Shown: positions 30,190 through 41,705, counted from the stretch's first letter. The stretch: DNA of 64,000 bases from Chloroflexota bacterium (GCA_030447745.1 JAUJOH010000010.1:35374-99373); one strand, 5' to 3'. Numbers and translations: made by a program. The notes: generated from the letters alone by a model not told the origin.

Positions 30190-31376
30190 GAGGCCGACGC
30201 GACCCCCTGGCCGAGCGGGTCCGCCGCCACCGCCGCCGCTCCCACGCGCATCGAGGCCAGGACCCGCGGCACGACCTCGCACGCCGTGTCGATCTCGGCA
30301 TCCGTGGTCGTCCGGCCGAGCGACAGCCGCAGGGCGCCCCGGGCCTCGTCCGGCGGGTAGCCCATCGCGGACAGGACATGGGAGACGTCGGTCGAGCCGG
30401 TCGTGCACGCCGAGCCGACCGAGCAGCAGATGCCCTCGAGATCGAGGCCGAGCGCGCACGACGACCCATCGGTGTCCCGGGCGATGAGCGACAGGATGCC
30501 GGGCAGGCGGCGGGCGGGGTGCCCGGTGACCTCCGTGCCGTCGACCGTGAGGACGGCCGCGGTGAGCCGCTCGCGCTGCTTCTTGAGCCGGCGATTGGTC
30601 TCCGGCCGCTCGTCGCACGCGAGGTCGTAGGCAGCGGCCAGCCCGACCGCGCCGGCCACGTTCTCGGTGCCGGCTCGGCGGTGGCGCTCCTGCGTCCCGC
30701 CTTGCTGCTGGGCGAGGATGTGGGTTCCGTGCTTCACCCAGAGCGCGCCGACGCCCTTCGGGCCCTCGAACTTGTGGGCCGCGATCGCGACGAAGTCGGC
30801 GCCCAGCCGCCGGACGTCGAGCTCGACGTAGGGGGCCGCCTGGACCGCGTCGACGTGCATCAGGACGCCCTTGTGCGCATGGACCCGCTCGGCGATCTCC
30901 TCGATCGGCTGGATCGTCCCGACCTCGTTGTTGCCGAGCATCACGCTGACGAGGATCGTCTTGTCCGTGATCGCGGCGTCCACCTCGTCCGGGTCGACCC
31001 GCCCATACCGGTCCACGCCCACCTCGACGACCTCGAAGCCGAACTTCTCGAGGTAGCGCATCGTGTGGCCCACGGCGTGGTGCTCGACAGCGCTGGTCAC
31101 CAGCCGGTGCCCGCGCGCCTTGCCTGCCCAGGCCGCACCCTTGATCGCGAGGTTGTTCGCCTCGGTGCCGCCGGAGGTGAACACGACCTCGCGCGGCTCG
31201 GCGCCGAGGCGCGACGCGACCCGCTCGTGCGCCTCGTCCAGGCCGGCCCGTGCCGCCCGCCCGAGCGAGTGGGCGGAGCTCGGGTTGCCGAACTGCGCCG
31301 TCAGGTACGGGAGCATCGCCTCGAGCACCTCGGGGCGCAGGGGCGTGGTCGCGGCGTGGTCCAGGTAGATCGCCAT
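30186..31376 (-). CDS. iscS: Cysteine desulfurase (class V aminotransferase, IscS/NifS-like)
   Basis: [21 protein letters not shown]...[16 protein letters not shown]...[12 protein letters not shown]. Confidence 0.85.
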   Translation of the reverse strand: MAIYLDHAATTPLRPEVLEAMLPYLTAQFGNPSSAHSLGRAARAGLDEAHERVASRLGAEPREVVFTSGGTEANNLAIKGAAWAGKARGHRLVTSAVEHHAVGHTMRYLEKFGFEVVEVGVDRYGRVDPDEVDAAITDKTILVSVMLGNNEVGTIQPIEEIAERVHAHKGVLMHVDAVQAAPYVELDVRRLGADFVAIAAHKFEGPKGVGALWVKHGTHILAQQQGGTQERHRRAGTENVAGAVGLAAAYDLACDERPETNRRLKKQRERLTAAVLTVDGTEVTGHPARRLPGILSLIARDTDGSSCALGLDLEGICCSVGSACTTGSTDVSHVLSAMGYPPDEARGALRLSLGRTTTDAEIDTACEVVPRVLASMRVGAAAVAADPLGQGVASAS

Positions 31377-31416
31377 CGGACGGCGATTGTACGCTCGGCC
31401 CGGAACGCCGGGCAGC

Positions 31417-33339
31417 TCAGCCGGCGGCTGCCTCGCGGTCCATCGCCCGACGAAGATCGTCGTCCCGTCCCCGCTCGCGTCGCCGATCGTGCTGCGAGAG
31501 GGCGCGCTTCCGGAGCCGGATCGAGCGCGGCGTCACCTCGACCAGCTCGTCGCCGGCGATGAACTCGATCGCCGACTCGAGCGTCAGCGGCCGGGCCGGC
31601 GTGAGTCGCAGCGACTCGTCGTGGGCGTGGGTCCGGATGTTGGTCAGCTTCTTCTCCTTGGTCGGGTTGACGTCCATGTCGCCCGACCGCGAATTCTCGC
31701 CGACGATCATCCCCTCGTAGACCTCGACGCCGGCGCTGATGAACAGCTCCGCCCGCTGCTCCAGGTTGAACAGTCCGTAGGCGTTCGACGTCCCGGCCCG
31801 GTCGCTCACGAGGACGCCGTTCGTCCGGTGGGTCACCTCGCCGGCCCACGGCCCGTAGCCCTCGCCGATCTGGTGCAGGAGCGCCGTGCCGCGGGTGTCG
31901 GTCAGCAGCTGGCCCCGGTAGCCGATCAGCCCGCGCACCGGCAGGACGTACTCCAGGCGGACTCGCCCGTCAGTGTCCGTCGTCATCTGCTCGAGCCGGC
32001 CCTTCCGGCCGGCCAGCGCCTGCTGGATCTCGCCGATGTAGTCGGGCGGGATGTCGATCGTGATCCGCTCGTACGGCTCCTGGAGCTGGCCGCCGACCGT
32101 CCGCAGGATCACCTCCGGCCGGCTGACCGTCAGCTCGAACCCCTCTCGGCGCATCTGCTCGATGAGGACGGCGAGCTGGAGCTCGCCTCGGCCCCGGACC
32201 TCGAACGTGTCGCCGCTCCCGGTGGGGTGGATCTCGATCGAGACGTTGCCGAGGACCTCCCTGTCGAGGCGCGCCCGGATCTGCCGGCTCGTGACGTACC
32301 TCCCCTCGCGGCCGCTGAGCGGCGAGGTGTTGACGCCGAACGTCATCCGGAGCGTGGGCGCGTCGACGTCGAGCCGAGGGAGCGGGCGCGGATCGGCTGG
32401 ATCGGTCAGCGTGTCGCCGATCGTGACGTCCGGCAGCCCGGCGACCGACACGATGTCGCCCGGCCCGGCTTCCGGGATGTCGATCCGCTCGATGCCGCGC
32501 GCCGTCTGGAGCGCTGTCACGGTGCCGGTCAGCGTGACGACGCGCCCGGGCTCTACGGACCCGGCCGTGTCGTCCGGCTGATCGCGGACGACGCTGATCC
32601 GCTGGCCCATCCGAAGAAGGCCGTTGCGGATCCGCCCGACCGCCATCCGCCCCACGTATTCATTGGCCGCCAGGTTCGTCACGAGGAGCTGGAGCGGATG
32701 CCCCGGCTCGTGCCTCGGCGGAGGCGTCACGGCGACGAGCAGGTCGAGCAGCGGTCGGAGGTCCGTACCGGGCTCGTCGAGCGAGCGGGTCGCCGTGCCG
32801 GCCTTGGCGTTGGTGTAGACGACCGGAAAGTCGATCTGCTCGTTCGTCGCGCCGAGATCCATGAACAGCTCGAGGACCTCGTCGAGCACCTCCGCCGGGC
32901 GGGCGTCGGACCGGTCGATCTTGTTGAGCGCGACGACGACCGGCAGCCGGCGCGCCATCGCCTTCTGGAGGACGTAGCGCGTCTGGGGCAACGGACCCTC
33001 CGCTGCGTCGACGAGCAGCAGCACGGCATCGACCATCAGGAGGCCGCGCTCCACCTCGCCGCCGAAGTCGGCGTGCCCGGGCGTGTCGACGATGTTGAGC
33101 CGGACGCCGGCGTGGTCGACGGTGGTCTGCTTGGCGAGGATCGTGATGCCCTTCTCGCGCTCGAGGTCGCCCGAGTCGAGGACACGGTCGACGACCGCCT
33201 GGTTGGCGCGGAACGCGCCGGTCTGGCGGAGCATCCCGTCAACGAGGGTCGTCTTGCCGTGATCGACGTGCGCCACGATGGCGAGATTGCGGACGTCGGC
33301 CCGAACGGCGGGCACGGTGGAGCGGGCGAGGTCGGTCAT
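31417..33339 (-). CDS. typA: Translational GTPase TypA/BipA
   Basis: [34 protein letters not shown]; full EF-G-like domain set. Confidence 0.9.
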   Translation of the reverse strand: MTDLARSTVPAVRADVRNLAIVAHVDHGKTTLVDGMLRQTGAFRANQAVVDRVLDSGDLEREKGITILAKQTTVDHAGVRLNIVDTPGHADFGGEVERGLLMVDAVLLLVDAAEGPLPQTRYVLQKAMARRLPVVVALNKIDRSDARPAEVLDEVLELFMDLGATNEQIDFPVVYTNAKAGTATRSLDEPGTDLRPLLDLLVAVTPPPRHEPGHPLQLLVTNLAANEYVGRMAVGRIRNGLLRMGQRISVVRDQPDDTAGSVEPGRVVTLTGTVTALQTARGIERIDIPEAGPGDIVSVAGLPDVTIGDTLTDPADPRPLPRLDVDAPTLRMTFGVNTSPLSGREGRYVTSRQIRARLDREVLGNVSIEIHPTGSGDTFEVRGRGELQLAVLIEQMRREGFELTVSRPEVILRTVGGQLQEPYERITIDIPPDYIGEIQQALAGRKGRLEQMTTDTDGRVRLEYVLPVRGLIGYRGQLLTDTRGTALLHQIGEGYGPWAGEVTHRTNGVLVSDRAGTSNAYGLFNLEQRAELFISAGVEVYEGMIVGENSRSGDMDVNPTKEKKLTNIRTHAHDESLRLTPARPLTLESAIEFIAGDELVEVTPRSIRLRKRALSQHDRRRERGRDDDLRRAMDREAAAG

Positions 33340-33554
33340 GGGCCGGCGCAGTGTCGCACATCGCGGTTCGCAGCGGCCGCCACGGCCGCGGATCGGGTGC
33401 AGGCCGGTCGCGCCGGTCGCGGTCCGGGCGGACGCGCCCGATCATCGGGTGGGCGCCGGCCCGCCCGGGCCCGTCCGCGGCGGACCGTCCGGGCGACTGA
33501 GCCCGCGCCGGCCGGACGCCGGATCGACGAGCCAGTACACCGCGGCCGGCCAGC

Positions 33555-34322
33555 GTGCCGGTCCGTCCCGGCCGGCACACCGCGAGCGGCTACCATCAGC
33601 CCGTGACCGTCGCCGCCGTCGTCCTCGCCGCGAGCCCCGATTCGGCCGTCGCGGACGCGGACGGGATGCCGTCCGTCCGGCGGATCGCGGACGTCGCGTG
33701 GGCGGGCGGCGCCGTTCCGATCGTTGTCGTGGCCGATGATCCGGACGGCTCGGTGGCGCAGGCGCTTGCCGGTTCCGCCGTCACGCTCGCCGAGCCCGCG
33801 CCGGCCGACCATGGCCCTGTCGGTCAGATCGTGCGCGGGGTGGAGGTCGCCATGGCCGCGATCAACGAGACGCTCGCGGCGCTGGTCTGGCCGGCGACGA
33901 TGACCTGGGTCGGCCCGGAGACCGTCACCTCGCTCATCGAGGCCCACGGGCCGTCGCCGGACGAGATCCTGCGACCGGCATTCGACGGCGCGAACGGCTG
34001 GCCGGCGCTCGTGCCTCTCGGCAGCGTCGGCCGGCTCGCGGCGCTCGCCGCCGACCGAACGCCGGACGACCTGCTCGCCGACCTCGCGTCGACCGGGGTC
34101 GGGACGCGCACGCTGGACCTCGGCGACCCGGGCGCCGTCCACGACCGCTCCACGCCGCGGTCGTCACTGCCCGCGTACTCGGGCCCGGCACAGCCGGCCG
34201 CGGGACACATGCACGAGTGGGGTGCAGGCGTGGCGGACCACGGCGATGACCATCCGCTGGAGGGCCCGTCGCTCGCCCCGTACGGGCAGGCTGTCGCGGA
34301 GGACCCCGGCCAGCCAGGCTGA
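33555..34322 (+). CDS. MobA-like NTP-transferase domain protein (putative molybdenum cofactor nucleotidyltransferase family)
   Basis: VTVAAVVLAASPDS...MPSVRRIADVAWAGGAVPIVVVA resembles the MobA/MocA glycosyltransferase-A-like fold. Start uncertain; the C-terminal third is low-complexity. Confidence 0.5.
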   Translation: MPVRPGRHTASGYHQPVTVAAVVLAASPDSAVADADGMPSVRRIADVAWAGGAVPIVVVADDPDGSVAQALAGSAVTLAEPAPADHGPVGQIVRGVEVAMAAINETLAALVWPATMTWVGPETVTSLIEAHGPSPDEILRPAFDGANGWPALVPLGSVGRLAALAADRTPDDLLADLASTGVGTRTLDLGDPGAVHDRSTPRSSLPAYSGPAQPAAGHMHEWGAGVADHGDDHPLEGPSLAPYGQAVAEDPGQPG

Positions 34323-34338
34323 GACGGTCCTCGGACCT

Positions 34339-35310
34339 TCAGCCGGACGCCGCGGCCGGCACGGACGGCCGGAGCCGACCGAGCGGCACGGTGGCGACGG
34401 CAATCCCGCCGACGACGAGGCACACACCGATCAGCTGCGCGATCGACGGCGCTTCGCCGAGGAGCACCATCGCCAGCGCGACCGTGGCGACGGGCTGCGC
34501 GAGCAGGATGATCGAGGTCAGGACGGCGGGCAGGCGCGGGAGCGACAGCGAGATCAACAGGTAGCCGAGGGACTGCGACGTGACGCCGTAGGCAAGGAGC
34601 CAGGCGTGCTCGGGCCACGTGACGGCGAGCTGCAGCTCGCCGAGCGGTGCGCCGACGGCCCCCGCGACGAGCGCCGTCGAGAGCGTGGCCACGGCCACCG
34701 GTCCCGCCGGCCGCCGCGCGTCGCGCCCGCTGCGCCGGATCACGAGCAGGTAGCCCGCGTAGCTGAACGCCGTGGCCACGCCGAGGACCACCCCGAGGGC
34801 CGGATTCTCCCCGTACGCGTTCGCGTCGATCAGCCCTGAGATCAGGACGATGCCGACGAGGACGACCGGCAGCGCCACGAGGATCGCCCGGGACGGCCGC
34901 TCCCGGAAGACGAGCCACGCGACGAGTCCGACGACCAGGACCTGCAGGTTGGCGAGCACGGTCGCCAGGCCGGCGCCGACGTGCTCGATGGCGTGGTGCC
35001 AGAACGTCAGGTCCGCGGCGAAGAACCCGCCGGCCACGGTCGCCAGCGCCACCGTCCGCCGGTCGAGGCCGCCGTGCCGGCGGTGCTCGAGCCAGGCCAC
35101 GAGCGCCAGGAGCGGCAGGCCGTACAGGCACCGGAAGACGGTCGCCGTGGCGGGCGGGACGTCGCTGTAGCGGTAGAAGATCCCGGAGAACGCGATGCAC
35201 ATCGCCCCGAGCAGCGCCGACAGCCGGGGGCGCGCCGCGAGCGCGGCGAGGACGGCCGGTCCGCGATCCTCCTCCCGATCCGCCCCGCCGGCGGACCCGG
35301 GAGCGGTCAC
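34339..35310 (-). CDS. EamA/DMT-superfamily transporter
   Basis: Ten predicted TM helices and two EamA repeats. GTG at 35310 forms GTGA with the aspS stop. Confidence 0.7.
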   Translation of the reverse strand: MTAPGSAGGADREEDRGPAVLAALAARPRLSALLGAMCIAFSGIFYRYSDVPPATATVFRCLYGLPLLALVAWLEHRRHGGLDRRTVALATVAGGFFAADLTFWHHAIEHVGAGLATVLANLQVLVVGLVAWLVFRERPSRAILVALPVVLVGIVLISGLIDANAYGENPALGVVLGVATAFSYAGYLLVIRRSGRDARRPAGPVAVATLSTALVAGAVGAPLGELQLAVTWPEHAWLLAYGVTSQSLGYLLISLSLPRLPAVLTSIILLAQPVATVALAMVLLGEAPSIAQLIGVCLVVGGIAVATVPLGRLRPSVPAAASG

Positions 35311-37217
35311 GGCCTCGGCTGCGATTCGGACGCCGCCGGTATCGTGGCCCCGGTGGAGCGCGGCGTGCCCACGAACCGCAGCCCGAGCTCTGCGTACTGC
35401 TCGGGGGCCGGCGGAGCAGGTGCCTCGAGCATCGGGTCGGCCCCCGACTGGGTCTTCGGGAACGCCATCACCTCGCGGATGTTCGTCTGGTAGGCCAACA
35501 GCGCCGCCCAGCGATCGATCCCGAGCGCGATGCCACCGTGGGGCGGCGCGCCGTACTCGAACGCCTCGAGCACGGCGCCGAACCGCTCGTGCATCTGCTC
35601 GATGCTGTAGCCCTGGAGCCCGAAGCTTCGCTCGAGGAGGTCCCGGCGGTGGATCCGGACAGAGCCGCCGCCGAGCTCCCAGCCGTTGAGCACCACGTCG
35701 TACTGAAGCGCACGCGCCTGACCGGCGGCGTCCTCCGGCGACGGCCTGGCCGGGTCGCCGGACTTCGTCACGAGCAGCGGCTCGTCCTCCGGCACGACAT
35801 CGCTGAACGGGTTGTGGGTCGCGTCCCACCGGCCACCCTCGGCGTCCCACTGGTACATCGGAAAACGGTGAACCCAGCAGTAGGCCAGGACATCCGGGTC
35901 GGCCACGCCGAGCCGCCCGGCCAGCTCGACCCGCAGGCGCCCCAGCACGTCGCTCGTGGTGTCGGCGTCGTCGGCGACCATCAGGATCAGGTCGCCCTCC
36001 GCGGCACCGGTGCGCTCCGCGATCGCGGCGGTGCGCTCGTCGCCGAGGAACTTCGCGATCGGCGACCGGATCGCGCTGCCCGGCTCGACCGCGGCCCACG
36101 CCAGCCCCTTCGCGCCGAACCGCCGCGCTGTCTCGGTCAGGTCGTCGATCTCTCGGCGCGTTGCGCCGCCCATGCCGCGCGCAACGATGGCCTTGACCCG
36201 CCCGCCGCCGGTGAGTGCCTCGTCGAAGACGCGGAACCCGGACGCGGGCGTTCCCTCGTCGTCCACCAGCGCCGGCGCGAGGTCGACGAGCTCCATCCCG
36301 TAGCGGAGATCCGGCTTGTCCGAGCCGAACCGCTCCATCGCCTCCTCGTACGTGAGGCGCGGGAACGGCGCGTCCTGGATCGGGCGCTCGGGCGTCGTCG
36401 CCCTCGAGACCTCGACCACCATCCACTCGGCGAAGTCCATGACCGCCGCCTCGTCGACGAAGCTCATCTCCAGATCGAGCTGTGTGAACTCCGGCTGCCG
36501 ATCGCCCCGGAGATCCTCATCGCGGTAGCACCGGGCGATCTGGAAGTAGCGGTCGATCCCGCCCACCATGAGGATCTGCTTGAGCTGCTGTGGGCTCTGG
36601 GGCAGCGCATAGACGGTTCCCGGCTGGAGCCGCGACGGGACGATGAAGTCGCGCGCGCCCTCCGGGGTGGACTTGATGAGGGTCGGCGTCTCGACCTCGA
36701 TGAAGCCGCTGGCGTGGTGCACCTCGCGGATCGCCTGCACGAGCCGGCTCCTCAGGAGGAGCCTCCGCTGCATCGCCTCGCGGCGGATGTCGAGGTAGCG
36801 GTACTTGAGGCGGAGCGTCTCGTCGATCGGCGCGTCCGGGTCGTTGACGTAGAACGGCGGCGTGCGCGCCTCGTTGAGGACGGTCACGTGCGTGGCGCGC
36901 AGCTCCACGTCCCCGGTCGGAAGTCGCGGATTCTCCGTCCCGGGCAGCCGGCGCGCCACGCGGCCGCGGAGGCCGAGCACGAACTCGTTGCGGACGCGAC
37001 TCGCCGTGGCGTGCGCGGCCGGCTGATCCGTACGGTCGACCACGACCTGGGTGATGCCGTGCCGGTCTCGGACGTCGAGGAAGATCAGCTGGCCGTGGTC
37101 GCGACGCCGGTGGACCCAGCCGGCGAGCGAGGCCTCCGAGCCTTCGTCGTCGACGCGCAGCTCGCCGCACGTGTGGCTCCGGAAGGGCGTGGCGAGGCTC
37201 GGCGCGGGGTCGGTCAT
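35307..37217 (-). CDS. aspS: Aspartate--tRNA ligase
   Basis: 636 aa from ATG 37217: OB anticodon-binding domain, class II motifs (FRDEDLRGDRQPEFTQLD, GGGSVRIH, PPHGGIALGIDRW) and a GAD insert. Confidence 0.9.
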   Translation of the reverse strand: MTDPAPSLATPFRSHTCGELRVDDEGSEASLAGWVHRRRDHGQLIFLDVRDRHGITQVVVDRTDQPAAHATASRVRNEFVLGLRGRVARRLPGTENPRLPTGDVELRATHVTVLNEARTPPFYVNDPDAPIDETLRLKYRYLDIRREAMQRRLLLRSRLVQAIREVHHASGFIEVETPTLIKSTPEGARDFIVPSRLQPGTVYALPQSPQQLKQILMVGGIDRYFQIARCYRDEDLRGDRQPEFTQLDLEMSFVDEAAVMDFAEWMVVEVSRATTPERPIQDAPFPRLTYEEAMERFGSDKPDLRYGMELVDLAPALVDDEGTPASGFRVFDEALTGGGRVKAIVARGMGGATRREIDDLTETARRFGAKGLAWAAVEPGSAIRSPIAKFLGDERTAAIAERTGAAEGDLILMVADDADTTSDVLGRLRVELAGRLGVADPDVLAYCWVHRFPMYQWDAEGGRWDATHNPFSDVVPEDEPLLVTKSGDPARPSPEDAAGQARALQYDVVLNGWELGGGSVRIHRRDLLERSFGLQGYSIEQMHERFGAVLEAFEYGAPPHGGIALGIDRWAALLAYQTNIREVMAFPKTQSGADPMLEAPAPPAPEQYAELGLRFVGTPRSTGATIPAASESQPRP

Positions 37218-37261
37218 GGCCGCCGTATCGTACGGGAGCCAACCGGGTGGGCCGAGCCGAG

Positions 37262-38539
37262 TCAGGCGACCGTGGCCTTGCGGCGAAGCAGTGCCGGCAG
37301 GTCCGCCAGCGGCACCGGCTTCTGCGACGCCGCCCCCAGGTCGCGCAGCTGGACGAGCCCGTCGGCCAGCTCGTCGCCGACGATCACCGCGAAGCGCGCG
37401 CCCTCGCGCACGGCCGCCTCGAGCTGCCGGCCGAGCTTCCGCTGCGCGAGATCGGCACGGACGGACAGGCCGCCCGCGCGGAGCTCCGTGGCGATGCGGA
37501 GCCGGGCTGCCGTGGCGCCGGGCTCCGCGCCGACAACGACGGCCAGCGGGACGGGTTCCGTGACCGAATCGGCGCCCTGCGCCTCGAGCGCGAGCACGAC
37601 CCGATCCAGCCCGATCCCGAACCCGATGCCCGGCGTCGGCCGGCCGCCGAGCCGCTCCACGAGCCCGTCGTAGCGACCGCCGCCGCCGAGCGCCGACTGC
37701 GTTCCCCGGGCACCGACCGGAAAGAACTCCCAGGCAGTCCGGACGTAGTAGTCGAGCCCGCGGACGAGCCGCGCGTCGACGACGTAGCGGATCCCGAGCG
37801 CGTCGAGGTGCGCGCGGACCTCGCCGAAGTGCGCGGCGCACTCGGCGCACAGCCGATCGGTGATGGTCGGGGCATCGGCGTTCAGCTCGACCATGGCCGG
37901 TTCCTTCGAGTCCAGCAGCCGGAGGGGGTTGCGCTCGAGGCGCTGGCGCTCGAGCGCCGGGAGCCGGTGGATCCGGGCCCGGTAGAACGCGGCGAGGGCC
38001 TCGACGTAGGCCGGGCGGCAGGCCTCGTCGCCGATCGAGTTGACGTAGGCATCCGGCGGGTTGAGGCCGGCCTCCGCGTAGAAGCGGAACGCGAGCTCGA
38101 TCAGCTCCGCGTCGACCGCGGGCCCCGGATCGCCGAAGACCTCCACGTCGAACTGCCAGAACTGCCGGTAGCGGCCCGCCTGCGGCCGGTCGTAGCGGAA
38201 CATCGGCCCGGTCGTGGTGAGACGCACCGGCTGCGGCCACGTCTGCATGCCGTGCTGCACATACGCCCGGACGAGCCCGGCGGTCGGCTCGGGTCGGAGC
38301 GCCCATGTCTCGCCTTCCCCGGAGCGCGGCGCCAGCCGGAACAGCTCCTTCTCGACGACGTCGGTCGCCTCGCCCACGCCGCGCTCGAAGACGCCCGTCT
38401 GCTCGAAGAGCGGCGTCTCGATCGGGCGGAAGCCGTACCGGGCGGCGAGCTCGGCGGCGATCCGCTCGAGCCTGACGAACGCGGTCCGCTCCGGCGGGAG
38501 AAGGTCGCGCGTGCCGCGCGGGGCGCGGAAGCTGGGCAT
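37262..38539 (-). CDS. hisS: Histidine--tRNA ligase
   Basis: 425 aa from MPSFRAPRGTRDLLP: class II motifs (FRYDRPQAGRYRQFWQFDVEVFG, GGGRYDGL) and a C-terminal anticodon-binding domain. Confidence 0.9.
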   Translation of the reverse strand: MPSFRAPRGTRDLLPPERTAFVRLERIAAELAARYGFRPIETPLFEQTGVFERGVGEATDVVEKELFRLAPRSGEGETWALRPEPTAGLVRAYVQHGMQTWPQPVRLTTTGPMFRYDRPQAGRYRQFWQFDVEVFGDPGPAVDAELIELAFRFYAEAGLNPPDAYVNSIGDEACRPAYVEALAAFYRARIHRLPALERQRLERNPLRLLDSKEPAMVELNADAPTITDRLCAECAAHFGEVRAHLDALGIRYVVDARLVRGLDYYVRTAWEFFPVGARGTQSALGGGGRYDGLVERLGGRPTPGIGFGIGLDRVVLALEAQGADSVTEPVPLAVVVGAEPGATAARLRIATELRAGGLSVRADLAQRKLGRQLEAAVREGARFAVIVGDELADGLVQLRDLGAASQKPVPLADLPALLRRKATVA

Positions 38540-38541
38540 CG

Positions 38542-40791
38542 CTACCCGAGGTCGCGCTGGACCGAAAGAACGTCCTTCAGCTGTTCGATCCGGCCCATCA
38601 CCCGCGCCAGCTGGGCGACCGAGGCGACCTGCAGCGTCGCGGTCACGATCGCCGTGTGGTCCGGGTTCACGTTGACCGATGCGGCGAGGATGTTGACCCT
38701 GTTCTCCGCCACGACCTGGGTGATGTCGTTCAGCAAGCCGGTCCGGTCGTAGGCCTCGACCCGGATGGCGATCGGGTACGTCGCGGCCGGAGCCGCCTCC
38801 CACTCGACGTCGATGAGCCGCGACACCTCGCGCTCGTTGATGACCGTCGGGCAGGAGTGCAGGTGGACGGTGACGCCCTTGCCGCGCGTGATGAAGCCGA
38901 CGATCGGGTCGCCCGGGATGGGGTGGCAGCACTTGGCGAACCGGACGAGCAGGTCACCGACGCCCTTGACGCGCACGCCGCCGGTCCGGGCCGGGACGCT
39001 GGACGGGGCGACCGTCGGCAGCGCCGTCTGCCCGTCGTCGACGACGCCCAGCCGCATGACGACCTGCTGGGCGGAGATGGCGCCGTAGCCGATGGCAGCG
39101 AAGAAGTCGTCCGCCTGCTCGAAGTTGTAGAGCCGCGCGGTCTCCGCGATCCGGTCGTGCCCGACCGCACCGACGTTCGTCCGTGCCAGCCGACGGAGCT
39201 CCCGCTCGAGCGCCTCGCGGCCGTGGACGATGTTCTCGTCACGGTCCTTGCGCTTGAACCACTGGCGGATCTTTTCGCGGGCGTGCGAGGTGCGGACGAC
39301 GTTCATCCAGTCGCGCGACGGGCCGTGCTCGCCCTTGGTCGTCACGATCTCGACGATGTCGCCGTTCTTGAGCCGGTAGTCGAGCGGAACGAGCCGGTTG
39401 TTGACCTTGGCGCCGATCGTCCGGTGCCCGACGTCCGTGTGGATCCGGTACGCGAAGTCGAGCGGGGTGGCGCCGGCCGGCAGGTCCTTGATGTCGCCCT
39501 TCGGCGTGAACACGAAGACCTGGTCCTGGAAGATGTCGAGCTTGATGCCCTCGACGAACTCGGTGGCGTCGGAGACGTCCCGCTGCCAGTCCATCAGCTG
39601 GCGGAGCCAGGCCAGCTTCGCGTCGTACTCGCGGTCAGACTTCGAGCCTTCCTTGTACCGCCAGTGAGCCGCGATGCCGACCTCGGACACCTGGTGCATC
39701 TGGTGCGTCCGGATCTGGATCTCGAGCGGCTTGCCGTCGAGCGCGATCACGGCCGTGTGGAGCGACTGGTAGAGGTTGTTCTTGGGGACCGCGATGTAGT
39801 CGTCGAACTGACCCGGGATCGGCCGCCACAGGGCGTGGACGATGCCGAGCGCGGCGTAGCAGTCCCGGACGTCCTCGACCAGGATCCGGATCGCATAGAC
39901 GTCGTAGATCTCGCCGAACTCGGCGGACTTGCGCTGCATCTTCTTGAAGATGCTGTAGATGTGCTTCGGCCGGCCCTGCAGGTCCGCCTGGATGCCGGCC
40001 TGCTTGAGCCGGGGCTCGAGCTCCGCGATCGCGCGCTCGATGTAGCCCTCGCGGCCATGACGCCGCGTGTCGAGCAGGCGGGCCAGCTCGCGGAAGCGCT
40101 GCGGCTCCAGGATCTTGAAGGCGAGGTCCTCGAGCTCCCACTTCATCTGCCAGATCCCGAGCCGCTCGGCAAGCGGCGCGTAGATCTCCATCGTCTGGCG
40201 CGCGATCCGGAGCTGCTTCTCCGACGGCAGGGCGTACAGCGTCCGCATGTTGTGGAGGCGGTCGGCCAGCTTGATGAGGACGACCCGGATGTCCTCGGCC
40301 ATGGCCAGCAGCATCTTCCGGATGTTCTCCGCCTGCTGCTGCTCGTGGCTGTGCGTGCTGAACTTCGAGAGCTTGGTGACGCCGTCGACGAGCCGCGCGA
40401 CCTCGCCGCCGAACCGCTCCTCGACGTCGCTCAGGCTGTACTCGGTGTCCTCGGGAACGTCGTGCAGAAGCGCGGCGAGGACGGCCACCGGGTCAATCCC
40501 GAGGTCCGCGAGGATCTGCGCCGAGGCGATCGGGTGGGTGACGTACGGCTCCCCGGAGGACCGCTTCTGCGAGGCGTGGGCATCGACGGCGAGGTCGAAC
40601 GCACGGCCGACCGGCTCGAGATCGACCTGCGGGTAGTGACTCGCGAGCGTCGCGAGCAGGTGCTGGCGAAGGGCCGCGATGTCGACGGCCTCGCCCGGCC
40701 GCAGGGGGGCTGGGCGCGCCGGCGTCAGCGAGCGCCGAGGCCCGCGACGGGGCGGGGCGGTCTCGGCGGGCTTGGTGCGCGGTGTGGCCAT
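38542..40791 (-). CDS. rel: Bifunctional (p)ppGpp synthetase/hydrolase Rel
   Basis: 749 aa from ATG 40791: HD hydrolase domain (HDVPEDT), synthetase domain (RELARLLDT...YQSLHT), TGS, and ACT-like C-terminus. Confidence 0.9.
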   Translation of the reverse strand: MATPRTKPAETAPPRRGPRRSLTPARPAPLRPGEAVDIAALRQHLLATLASHYPQVDLEPVGRAFDLAVDAHASQKRSSGEPYVTHPIASAQILADLGIDPVAVLAALLHDVPEDTEYSLSDVEERFGGEVARLVDGVTKLSKFSTHSHEQQQAENIRKMLLAMAEDIRVVLIKLADRLHNMRTLYALPSEKQLRIARQTMEIYAPLAERLGIWQMKWELEDLAFKILEPQRFRELARLLDTRRHGREGYIERAIAELEPRLKQAGIQADLQGRPKHIYSIFKKMQRKSAEFGEIYDVYAIRILVEDVRDCYAALGIVHALWRPIPGQFDDYIAVPKNNLYQSLHTAVIALDGKPLEIQIRTHQMHQVSEVGIAAHWRYKEGSKSDREYDAKLAWLRQLMDWQRDVSDATEFVEGIKLDIFQDQVFVFTPKGDIKDLPAGATPLDFAYRIHTDVGHRTIGAKVNNRLVPLDYRLKNGDIVEIVTTKGEHGPSRDWMNVVRTSHAREKIRQWFKRKDRDENIVHGREALERELRRLARTNVGAVGHDRIAETARLYNFEQADDFFAAIGYGAISAQQVVMRLGVVDDGQTALPTVAPSSVPARTGGVRVKGVGDLLVRFAKCCHPIPGDPIVGFITRGKGVTVHLHSCPTVINEREVSRLIDVEWEAAPAATYPIAIRVEAYDRTGLLNDITQVVAENRVNILAASVNVNPDHTAIVTATLQVASVAQLARVMGRIEQLKDVLSVQRDLG

Positions 40792-40900
40792 CGTGCTCGG
40801 GAGGATAGCAGCGCCCTTGGCCCTCGCCCGCGGGGGCGTCGGCGGGCCTGGCTGGGACGCGACGCTCCGCGGGCCGGGTTGGGAGGCCGCGGCGCCGCTG

Positions 40901-41093
40901 TTGGACCGCTGCCGCGGGCGTGTGGGCCGGCCATCCCGGGGTCGGGCCCCGTGGCGGCCGGCGAACCCAACGGGCGTGTGGGCCGGCCATCCTGGCCCGG
41001 ATCGGGCCAGCGTGGCGTGGACCGCCGGCGCCGTCCGTCCAAGGGTCTCACCGGCTCGCCGGTGGTCGGTTGGACCGCTGGCGAACCCACGGG
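40901..41093. repeat. Mosaic short direct repeats (11-22 bp units, ~56-bp period) in the rel upstream region
   Basis: cgggcgtgtgggccggccatcc at 40915-40936 and 40971-40992; ttggaccgctg at 40901 and 41070; gcgaacccaacggg / gcgaacccacggg at 40961 and 41081. Confidence 0.6.
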
Positions 41094-41244
41094 CCGTCAG
41101 GACTTGAACTGCTGCGGGTGGATCGGGCACGACAACCCAGATGGCCTCACCGGCTCGTACTCCGTGAATGAGCAACTACCACGACACGTACATCAGCGAG
41201 GGGCGGAGGCAACTCGGGGTCTAGGTTTCGAGATCCGGATCCAC

Positions 41245-41343
41245 GACCAGTACTTCTTCAACTTCGTCGGGAGGTGGAACACCAACCTTCCGTGGACGGG
41301 GCAGGCAGAGAGCGAGAACGCCGCGGAGGAGCTTCAGCAGGGC
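41245..41343. repeat. ~97-bp direct repeat, copy 1 (includes the 3' end of a small ORF ending TAA at 41376)
   Basis: gaccagtacttcttcaacttcgtcgggaggtggaacaccaaccttccgtggacggggcaggcagagagcgagaacgccgcggaggagcttcagcagggc; about 92% identical to copy 2. Confidence 0.7.
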
Positions 41344-41606
41344 TACACGGAAATCGCGGGAGCCGCGAGACATTAACGTGGCAGATTGGGCCGCGCACTA
41401 CACCGAGATTGAGTGGTGGCGTGGCCTGCAGCTACGACGTCACCGGAAGCTTCGGGAAGGGCAGTGAGTGACCGCGGGGGACCCGGGCGCCGCCCGTCGC
41501 GCTTATCGTCGCGGGCCTGGTCGCTTTCGTGACGACATACGCGGTGCGCGCGGCTCACGCGCGTCCGCCGCGATGAGCATCGCGCAATGGTGGGGGCGCC
41601 CGGGCC

Positions 41607-41705
41607 GACCAGTACTTCTTCAACTCCGTCGGGAGGTGGAACACCAACCTTGCGTGGACTGGGCAGGCGGAGAGCGAGAACGCCGCCGAGGAGCGTCCGC
41701 AGGGC
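41607..41705. repeat. ~97-bp direct repeat, copy 2
   Basis: gaccagtacttcttcaactccgtcgggaggtggaacaccaaccttgcgtggactgggcaggcggagagcgagaacgccgccgaggagcgtccgcagggc, 362 bp downstream of copy 1. Both encode ...DQYFFN(F/S)VGRWNTNL(P/A)WTGQAESENAAEE... in one frame. Confidence 0.7.

Noticed and set aside
40901-41093. Short direct repeats upstream of rel considered as a CRISPR array
   Set aside because: The units are heterogeneous (11-22 bp) with irregular spacing and overlapping motifs. There are no uniform repeat-spacer periodicity and no cas genes.
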